From the human T2T-CHM13v2.0 reference genome, Homo sapiens: a stretch of DNA of 64,000 nt. The translations under genes were made by a program, and so were the position numbers. Location: NCBI RefSeq assembly GCF_009914755.1, contig NC_060935.1. One strand, written 5' to 3'. The first letter of the stretch is position 1. The number at the start of each line of letters is the position of its first letter. Positions 54,512 to 64,000 of the stretch are shown piece after piece. Under the pieces are notes generated by a model. The model ran no database searches. It saw only the letters and a program-made list of their open reading frames with translations, and was not told the DNA's origin.

Positions 54512-55903
54512 GTGAGTGTGTGACTCAGTTTCTCTGAGTCTCTGTGGTAGTTCTGCACCCTTGTTATGCCACTTGGCTCTCCTACCCGAAGGCCCCAGAT
54601 TTGACAATCTTGGAACCGAAATTATTTGACCATTTTAAATTGAAATAGGTGAGCCAGGCCCCGCCTTTGGGGGTGGAGGAGGGAGAGGGCTGGGGTCCCT
54701 GGCTTCGAGAGGCTGCATGGTGGCAGGCCCAGCATGCCCAACTGATGAGCCTGCCATGCACACAACAGCCTTGTGGAATAGGCTTGTGTTGGGAAGCCTG
54801 GATAAAGGAGTTTCCAGACTGGCTGACTTAGCAGGCCAGGGCTGGATTCACTCTCCCCTCTCCCTGCCACTGCTACAGCTTTGTTTTAAGGAAAGTAGCG
54901 GCCCCCTCGATTTGCCTGCGGGTTGGAGATGGTGGCCAAACGCCCTGTACCTCCACCTCTGTGGATACCTGAGCTATTACTGGATATGTGAGAAGCAAGG
55001 GGGAGAAGGCACTAGGACAGGAAATTAGAAATAGGAAGACTTGGGGCTTCAGGGGGTTGGAGGCCTGACATCCGGTTTCACCTGAAGTGTGTTTGGGGTC
55101 TCCTGGTCGGCTGCTCCTCAGGCTGACACTGGAACTCTGTAAGTATGAAGACCTAGTAGAGGGCTTGGAAGGCTAGCAGGGGCCGCAAAGCAGGTAAATA
55201 TCTCATTCTCAAGGGAGTGTGCTCTTTTGGGGAAGCCCTTCTGCTTCCTCTTGGCAGGAGGACCAGGAGCAGTTACCCTCCAGAGGCAGCACAGAGTAGG
55301 GGCTCAGACAGCACTGAGTCAGACTGCCTCACTCATATTCCACTCCAAGTTGCTTAACTTCTCTGTTTCTCAATTTCCTCAAGTGCAAAATGGGATAATA
55401 AAAATAATCTGGGGTCTGATGCAGTGCCACATGCACATGGCTTATGGCTGTGCTTGGTAGGTGATGATAACTCCATGTTAGCCACATAGCAGCTCTAGAA
55501 GGTCAGTTAGGCATAATGAGAACTCACTGGCGATCAGGTGGTCAAGCTGGGGTTTTCAGTGTGTGGACTCTGTTCTAAGAGGCTAGGGGGCCATCTTGAT
55601 TCCATATCTCAGTGCCAGTTTGAAACTAATATAGGGGCCAGAGGAATGTTGTTTTCTAAGTTTTTTGTTGTTGTCGTTTTGTTTTGTTTTTGTAGCCATT
55701 GGCTACACCCTAGGCTGAGGGTCAGCAGTGCTGTCTCTGTGTAGGTAGTCAGTGCATCACAGGTGGAGTGTGGGTGTCTCCGTTTGGCCGTGCGTGGCTC
55801 GTCCCAGGTTTTGCACTTGATTTCATCTGTCACCCCCGGTGCTCCTCATTTGTGGGCACGTATTTTCTTTTTAGTTTCTTTTTTATTTTATTTTTTAAAT
55901 TTA

Positions 55904-56323
<420 letters not shown>

Positions 56324-57051
56324 TCATGTTGCAGTGGGGGGAAGTGAGCACAGGACCAGGGGTCATGAGATCTGACACTGACCAGCTGAGGACCTGGGGC
56401 AGGGGGCTTCTCTCTGGCCTTGGTCTCTTCCTTGATGCTGTAAGGATTGGTTTAGATAATGTAAGGATGGAGAGGGGAGTTGGATGCCTCTCGTGTGCCC
56501 GTTGTGTTTTTTTAATTCTCTATCTCTGCGCTTATTGCAGTACTGGTTTTATGTGATTTCTTAGAAAATCATGTCTTTCCCACACAGCCAAGTGCTCACT
56601 CTGATAATCACGACAACACCTTCTTCTGAGAGGTGCTCTGGGCAACATCATGGGGGGCTGGGCAGCCTTCTTGGGTCCCTGCTTCACTGTCAAGGTGGTG
56701 CTGGCAGAAGGCAGAACAGCAGTAGCTGGCATGGTGGATACCAGGAAGCACCCTGGAGGTGTCCCTCCTTCCTTTCTCTTACGGGATATAACGAGAGCCC
56801 CTCCTTGCTGTGTCTGGCATTTCTCACTGGTGGAGGCCCTGGCTGCATAGTGTTTCCCAGCACCAGATTCTCCCCACTGTGTTTCTCCACACCGAGGCCC
56901 CGTTCCTCAGCCTGGCCTCCTAGGGTCTGTGGGAGGGCAGAGCCTCATCTTTGCTTTTTAAACACACAAGCAAGTGCTCCTCATCTTGCCCTTCCTTCCT
57001 AACCCCACAGAACCGGGGTACATCCTACTAACCTTGGCTATTGTCACGCAG

Positions 57052-57136
57052 GTGTTAAGCCCCACCTACAAGCAGAGAAATGAAGACTTCAGAAAGCTCT
57101 TTAAGCAGCTTCCAGACACGGAGCGCCTCATTGTTG
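57052..57136 (+). CDS. GRAMD1B: GRAMD1B exon, start of GRAM domain: VLSPTYKQRNEDFRKLFKQLPDTERLIV(D), phase 0 to 1
   Basis: Perfect TACTAAC branch point at 57026-57032, CAG acceptor at 57049-57051, TTG|GTGAGT donor; typical GRAM-domain N-terminal motif. Confidence 0.96.
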
Positions 57137-57704
57137 GTGAGTTGGGTGACCTGGGAGGGGATGGGAAGGAAGTCTGGGGAGCCCCCGGCATAGCACTCAG
57201 GGTGCTTCTCTCTAGAGGCCTCAAGCCAACCCAGGTAAGCAAGGGAACAGGGAGAGAGGCTGTCCAGACCCCTGGCCCCAGCTGTCAGGGCTCGAGGCTG
57301 AGTATCAGGCTTGTGGCAGCCTCAAGAGCCCAACCTGGAGTGAGTCACTGGCATTTTTATCTCTGCAGTTGGCCCAGTGGCAGAAGGGGTTAGCATAGTT
57401 GTGGACTGGGGAGGGAAGTTAGTTGAATTTTGTTGGTCTTTTCCACCTCTTGCTTCCTTGGCCCACTTTGCCTTCACATTTATTTATCTGCCTCTAGGCA
57501 GTTGCACATCACACCACCTTTATGCTCCTCATCATGAGATGGTAGGGACTTCCTTGGCTGCTAGTTCAAGTGTCTGGCACCCCTTGTCCGTGGTGGGCAT
57601 TGGGCTCCCCCAGTGCTGGTGGGAGGGATGACATGCCTACTCTGCAGTGGTTTGCCGAAAATGCTTCCTGCCTCTGAGCTCCCCTACCTCCGCTCCTACC
57701 ACAG

Positions 57705-57808
57705 ATTACTCATGTGCACTCCAAAGAGACATTCTCCTTCAGGGCCGACTCTACCTCTCTGAAAATTGGATCTGCTTCTACAGCAACATCTTCCGCTGGG
57801 AAACTCTG
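57705..57808 (+). CDS. GRAMD1B: GRAMD1B exon, GRAM domain: (D)YSCALQRDILLQGRLYLSENWICFYSNIFRWETL, phase 1 to 0
   Basis: acAG|AT acceptor and CTG|GTAAAG donor; contains the GRAM signature CALQRDILLQGRLYLSENWICF. Confidence 0.97.
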
Positions 57809-58251
57809 GTAAAGACCTGGGCATGCTCCCTTGGGCTGTCTCCTTGGCTATGGCTGAGCAAGCTGCCCTCGCTTTCTTCCTTTTGCTGACTTCATGCTCT
57901 TCCCAAGCCTTTGCGTAATTAACAAAAGCATGCCTGAGTCTTGAAAGATATTCAATTCTAAGTCCCAATAATCAGGTCTCCTCTGCCATGTCTTCCCCTC
58001 CCTCCCTCCCCTTTGGGTGTGGAAGAGAGGACTGGGAACATTTGCTTTTGTCAAATGCAGGCAAATATTTGGCATGAGTGACTGCAGGAGGAGGCATAGT
58101 CAAGTAGAAAGGGCTTTGGCCTTGGGACTTTAAAGAACCGGCTTGCACAATTTCTGGGTTCTGTAACTAATCAGCGGTGTGATTTTAGGCTAGTCCTTTC
58201 TTTGCCTCTATTTCCTCATCTCGTATACTAAGGAAGAGAAAGATTAACTAG

Positions 58252-58562
<311 letters not shown>

Positions 58563-58911
58563 TAACTAGATGATTTATATGGCCACATCCTGCACCAATA
58601 TTCTGTGTTTCTGTAAGTGGCAAATAATGGCAGGACCTCTGCACATTTAGCAGACTGTATAGAAATTAGAAAGCTCTTTGCCCAAGAATCAAGATACTCA
58701 TGGCTGTAGACAAGGCTCAGTCCCCACTTTGCTGTCTGCCCACTGTGAAATAAAGGGGTAAACCAGATGATCACCAATGCGGCCTCTTCCAGGGTTATAA
58801 ATATGTGATCTGATTGCCTCTGTCTACACTGGCGCCCCCTGAACACTGTTTACCTGACTTACTAATGCCCCACTTTGCTTGTTGCCCATTCTCTGTCCTC
58901 TTGGATGCCAG

Positions 58912-59007
58912 CTGACAGTCCGTTTGAAAGACATCTGTTCCATGACTAAAGAAAAAACAGCTCGCCTCATTCCCAATGCCATCCAAGTTTGCACTGATTC
59001 AGAAAAG
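58912..59007 (+). CDS. GRAMD1B: GRAMD1B exon, GRAM domain: LTVRLKDICSMTKEKTARLIPNAIQVCTDSEK, phase 0/0
   Basis: ccAG acceptor, AAG|GTAAGT donor, 96 nt; KEKTARLIPNAI motif. Confidence 0.96.
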
Positions 59008-59690
59008 GTAAGTGGAGTCTAACTCTGGCCTTTCTAATCCTCCCTTACTCCTCCTACTCTTGTATTTCTGCCCTTTCTTGAATCGCATGAATGTGGAAGC
59101 CAATAGGATTGGGATGAGAGGCGCTAAGGGCGATGCAGATTCCAGGAAGCACCTCCTGGGTGGACAGGCTGGGGGAGGCTGAGCAGCGGGAGGATAGAGT
59201 GGCCAAACATTGGACCTGGAGCCAGAATACCTGAATTTGAGTCCATCGACAGTAAGCGTGTTGGGTAATATCTCTAAGCCTAAGTTTTTCACCTGCAAAA
59301 TGGAGCCAGCAATACCTATTTAACACAGTCTTGAAATAATATCACATATATGAAAACATATATGAAAATTGTAAAGCAGTATACAAATGTTAAGAAGTCG
59401 TCATTATGTATCAGCTTAGCTGATTATCTCTCAAGAGGATGGGGAGTCTGATAGAAAATGGATTGTCCTTATCAGTATGGGGAGAATACGTTGGATAAAA
59501 TTCAGGACAGAACAAACTTTTCACTAGAGCCTGAAGATGAAGAGGTTCAAGGCTAGGGGTAGACTGGGTTTCTGCTGAAGGCCAAGTTTACAGTTCCCTT
59601 GGACTCAGGCAGTTCAGTGGCAAGAGCCAGGAGGCTTTGGGGTCAGATAGTGTTTGGTTTGACCTATATTTGTTGTTGTTGTTGTTTTTT

Positions 59691-60218
59691 GCTTTTGTTT
59701 TTGTTTTAAGTAGATTATTAAAAAACAATTGAAGGCCTGAGTGTTGAGAGGCAAATGGGGCCTCTGGGGGATCCTGTCCTGCAGCAGGCCTGACTTTCAG
59801 ATGACTGTGCTTATAAGGCAGATCAGTGCCTTCCTGGGCTGCCCTAGTTCTTTCCATTTCAGACACTAGATTTGGATCCTGGGGCAGCTGCTCAACTCTA
59901 CCCAACTCTACCATGGCTACCTGGGCTTGGAGAACATGTGAATATTAGCTACTTTTACAGTCATAGGGATCTTGTAGAAGAAACAGGTAGACAGACCCAT
60001 CAAAGTCTCTCATTCTGACCTAGCAAGCAGGTGAAGTGACTGCTGGTCCTAGTTCCATTGTATGTTGGGCTGCAGGCCAATTCCAAAGAGTCCAACTCCT
60101 TTTTTTTTTTTTTTTTGAGATGGGGCCTCACTATATCTCCTAGGCTGGTCTCAAACTCCTAGGCTCAAAGGATCCTCTAGCCTCAGCCTCCTTAGTAGCT
60201 GGGACTACAGTGCATGCC

Positions 60219-60260
<42 letters not shown>

Positions 60261-62444
60261 GACAGGCTCTCACTATGTTACCTAGGCTGGTTCTCAAGCA
60301 ACCCTCCTGCCTCAGCCTCCCAAGTAGCTGGGACTATAGGCACAAGCCACTGCACCCAGCTCCAACTCCTTTCTTTATGGAACTATAAAGGCAAACCTTG
60401 GTGCCACACTTAGTCCTTAGTAGCAGCCCTGGCTCATCCTCCTAGTCTTTCCCTAGTATTTGCATCAATGGCTAACTAAGCTGATGGCAGACCTCATCCT
60501 GGGGTAATACTCATTCAGGGAAGTAGCAACAAAGGAGGGTGGGGAAAGAGCTCAGGTCAGATTTACCTGCCATGATGTGTAGCATAACAGGTGCCCATTA
60601 AATCTCAGCTACTTCTGAAGTTGGTGAGAAAGAGGTATGGAGGCATTAAGACCAGACGCACTGAGTTAGTCCATAACCCTGGGCTTCAGAACAAGGTCTG
60701 GTTTTATTTTCTTGCAGAATCTTTTTAAATATAAAACATAAAACACATCTCAAACCTGCATTCTGCCAGCCTGCCTTGTTTCTACAAGTTGCATGCTAGA
60801 CCATGAAACTAAGTAGCAAAAGGTCTTTAAGAGGATTTGGTTGGGAGAAATAGAACAAGCAGATCTCAGGGAAGCCTGGGCTAGCCCCAAAGCTGAGCTA
60901 CATCCCTGAACACTAGAGCAGTCCTTGTTTTTTCAGATCCTCATATGTCTTCTTATTCACAGCATTCCCACTTGAGTCTTCATATTCTTCCTCAGTGTCA
61001 GGCTGCCATCATTCTGAAGCCTTCTGCAATTTCAGTTTGGCCCACAAGGAGACAGCATCTTTAATCTGTGTCACATTAGCAAAGTGAGCAGTGTTTGGGA
61101 TGCCCAAACACCTCATGCCATGCCATGAGCATGATGCCATTCAGCAAAGTGCCGCTGGAAGGCTTTGGGTCCTCGGTAGGTGTAGTTTCCACAGATCTCA
61201 CAGTTGTAGTTGATATTTAGGCCATGAAGCATATACAGCCAGTAGGGAATGGGTTTGCCAAGTGGCCAAGTGGCAGGTTTTTGGGGTTGTAAATGATCTC
61301 GTTCTCTTCATCTTCACTCTAACTCTCACTGATTTGCTCTTTTTCGTCTTCCTCTCGCTCTTCTCCTGTCCTTGCTTGCTCGCGTTGTACATTTTCATGA
61401 GTGAGATGTCGCTGTTCTCCGAGAATCTCTACGTATTCATAGATTTGGGCTTCTAGAAAAGCAATGTCTTTGTTCCTCTCAGTGTCTTACTTGGTGCCCT
61501 TTGACTTGGGATTTTTGGCAAACAAAGAGGTATCAAGTGACTCTAGGGACTTTCCTTTGGTGCTGAATAGTCTCTGGGCTCGCTCTTCTGGGATCCTGCC
61601 ACATTTCAGTCCTAAAGCTAAGAGAGCGGATTTCAATCTGTCCAAACCCAGAGAGGCCAACTCCTCCCAGGAGGAGAATGCAGAGAGGTCAAGATGGGCT
61701 CCAGCCTGCGTCAGAGCACTGCTTGTCTCTTTCGGCCATCCAGGAAAGATCCCATTCTCCCATTTCTTCTCAAATTCAGCCTGAATCTTCCCAGAAAGTT
61801 CATTCTGATCTTGGAGAGGCTTCACTCTATCTGTGTAATCCTGAAGGTACTCAAGCAGCATCTCTAGGTATCTCTTATGCTCTGCATTCCTCCTGTCTTT
61901 AGGAATGTCAAATAATTGGTCTAAGATGGACAGGTATGTGATATAATCCAGCTTCTCAGATGCCTTCAGGTTAATGTACTTGAGGCAACAGTCATGGAGA
62001 TCGAGGTAACGACCATATCCCTCTTCATCTGTGAACTCCACCGAGTTTTGTGCCTCTTCACTTGGATTCTCTCGAGCCTTCAGGAGCTCCTCAAATTCCA
62101 CTGACATTGCCACATAGATCTCATTTGGGTGCTTCCGGTGGAATTCCTTTATTTGCTTGAGTCTGTTACAGAAATCAGAAAATTCCTTGGGTCCTGAAAT
62201 GGCACCGAGCTCCTCCTTTCGTAATCCATCCTTATCATCATACAAATCCCTTGGGTTCCCACTGACCTCCATATACCTATCTTGCGTGGCCCGAGTGCAG
62301 TGATCAGAATTGATCTGGTCCCAGAGCATGGACTTTTTAGTGAGCATCTCTTTGGCCATGACATCCATGAGCCATTCCTTCTCCTCATGATAGCACTGCT
62401 GCTGCTCCAGTATTGTCTCCATCTTCCCTTCACCACGGCCTCTC
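59691..62444 (-). pseudogene. SF3A3P: Processed pseudogene of SF3A3 (splicing factor 3a subunit 3), full-length mRNA copy, antisense in a GRAMD1B intron
   Basis: Intronless. ATG at 62422 gives METILEQQ...KNPKSKGTK, with a premature stop at 61487-61489. Further lesions include TAG in the SESESED acidic tract and short duplications causing frameshifts near 61260 and 61120. The native end (KKTYEDLKKQGLL*) is at 60913. A 3'UTR and decayed poly(A) (59691-59707) follow, and the TSD is GTTGTTG(T/C)TGTTTTTT at 59675-59690 / 62445-62460. Confidence 0.95.
60103..60360 (-). mobile_element. Two tandem Alu left-monomer (FLAM-like) units inside the retrocopy 3'UTR
   Basis: Two poly-T plus monomer units, bracketed by TCCAACTCCTTT at 60091-60102 and 60361-60372. 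Confidence 0.75.
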
Positions 62445-62460
62445 GTTGTTGCTGTTTTTT

Positions 62461-62742
62461 GAGGCGCAGTCTCACTCTGTCACCCAGGCTGGAGTGCAGT
62501 AGCACTATCTTGGCTCACTACAACCTCTGCCTTCTGGGTTCAGGTGATTCTTGTGCCTCAGCCTCCGGAATAGCTGAGATTACAGGCGCTCACCACCACG
62601 CCTGGCTAATTTTTGTATTTTTAGTAGAGGCAGGGTTTCGCCATGTTGGCCAGGCTGATCTCGAACTCCTGACCTCAGGTGATCCACCCACCTCGGCCTC
62701 CCAAAGTGTTGGGATTACAGGCGTAAGCCATGGCGCTCTGCC
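62461..62742 (-). mobile_element. Alu (S-type), separated from its tail end by the SF3A3 retrocopy
   Basis: Full Alu body; TSD TGGTTTGACCTATATTT at 62743-62759 and 59655-59671. Confidence 0.92.
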
Positions 62743-63437
62743 TGGTTTGACCTATATTTTGGACACTAACCAGCTTCTTGATTATACAAGTTGCCTAACC
62801 TCAACAGCCTGTTACCCTTTATTAGTTGTCAGCTTTGTTTATTATCTAAGGCTTTTTGTGTGGTTTAAGTGAAATAGCATTTGTGGACCACCTTGTGGTT
62901 GATCAGTAAAATCTTCATTACTTTCTTTCTGTCTGTTTAATGGGTAAACTCCACAAGAGCAGGATCTCTTTCTGTGTTGTTTCTTGTCCCTCACACATGT
63001 AGATTAGTGCCTAATACATACTAATACTCAAATATTTGTTGAATGAATGAAATAGGTCGGCAGATTAGTAGATTGTGGGTTTGTCTTGTCCTTCCATTTA
63101 GGCTAGTTCATAGCTCACCCCTTACCCAGTTCCAGTAGGTGGGTGAGGGACATTTCTTATGGAGATGAGAATTTCAAAACAGGGAGAAAAGCACTGAGGA
63201 AAGTGTGGGTAAGAGTGGAAGGACTTTGTCACACTGGGAACTTAACAGTATCAGGTACCCAGGCCTCTGGTGTGCTGACCCCATCACTAAAGCGGATGTA
63301 CGTGATCACAGGTAACTGAGAGTCATTAGTGTTTGAGGATGAAGTCAGTATCTTTTCTTAAAGGATGGAGGACCATGTCCCTCTTAATTATATTGTAACT
63401 CAACAGATATTTATTGTTATTTTCTTTTCCAATCTAG

Positions 63438-63518
63438 CACTTCTTCACTTCGTTTGGGGCCCGGGATAGGACATATATGATGATGTTCCGGCTCTGGCAG
63501 AATGCTCTCCTTGAAAAG
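63438..63518 (+). CDS. GRAMD1B: GRAMD1B exon, end of GRAM domain: HFFTSFGARDRTYMMMFRLWQNALLEK, phase 0/0
   Basis: ttttcttttccaatctAG acceptor, AAG|GTAAGT donor, 81 nt; FFTSF..RD..Y motif of GRAMD1 proteins. Confidence 0.96.
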
Positions 63519-63734
63519 GTAAGTACGGCCGAGTTTGCTTTTACTGTGGGACTGGCTATCTCTAGAGAAGCCTTTGTCTCCTCAGGGTTCTGGGAATCCC
63601 CCACTGATAGTATTCTCCCACTGATGGTATTGGCCTGAGTCCTGAAAGTAGCATATAATCTCCCACGAATGGCCTCAACACCCCCAGGAGTAAGGCACTC
63701 ATTGTCTTCAGGGGCTTCAGTTCCACTGCTTTGA

Positions 63735-64000
63735 AATGTCTCAGGATTTTCTCTAATCAGTTATGGTAATGCATGCAGCCCTGAAGAAAGAAGTCCTTAA
63801 ATTCACAGACCCCCAGAAATAGGAAGCACAGCAGGATGAGGGCCACCAGGGAAGCACCAGGGTCAGTCAGGAGATGGAAAGGGAAAGGGGAAGAAGTGGG
63901 CAGAGCCTTTATTGTAGTTTTTGCAGGAAGGAGTAGGGGAGGCAGGGCAAGCAGGCCGAGCAGGTCTAGGATTGGCTAGTTTGAATAATTTTGGCAGGCT
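63735..64000. mobile_element. Probable old LTR fragment running off the window end
   Basis: LTR-like motifs (gagcctttattgtagttt, aggattggctagtttgaataattt); family uncertain. Confidence 0.45.

Noticed and set aside
57231-57240. Strong-looking donor CAG|GTAAGC downstream of the VLSPTY exon
   Set aside because: Using it would extend the exon by 98 nt and shift the frame; no further support.
61487-62422. Functional SF3A3 gene
   Set aside because: Intronless with a poly(A) remnant and TSD, premature stops and frameshifts downstream, and CpG-decay substitutions.
59655-62759. Alu-SF3A3 chimera made by a single template switch
   Set aside because: A second, inner 16-bp TSD surrounds only the retrocopy, so sequential nested insertion fits better.

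Overview
Primate (human-like) genomic DNA rich in Alu, MIR and L1/L2 fragments. It lies inside the GRAMD1B (Aster-B, ER-plasma membrane cholesterol transporter) gene on the + strand. The window starts within an intron and ends after the exons encoding the GRAM domain. It holds five conventional coding exons (39734-39944, 57052-57136, 57705-57808, 58912-59007, 63438-63518) and three tandem phase-0 microexons (SHKRLSK, YDRLNLIK, KSQSWYN). Two internal alternative starts are visible: a GC-rich promoter/first exon at ~22.4-23.0 kb with two donors, and a 49-codon first coding exon at 54365-54511. An antisense, full-length SF3A3 processed pseudogene (59691-62444) is nested in the tail of an Alu. There are also two GC/G-rich minisatellites and a local ~217-bp duplication. 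I see no prokaryote-type system such as CRISPR or an operon. The most interesting signals are regulatory: a combinatorial microexon cassette just N-terminal of the GRAM domain flanked by RBFOX/UG/G-run repeat arrays; a candidate LXR DR4 upstream of the short-isoform first exon; an SF-1 site cluster; a stacked uORF with a TAATG stop-start; and nested retrotransposition events with readable target-site duplications (TSDs). Gene and repeat family names come from my recognition of the sequences, not from database searches.
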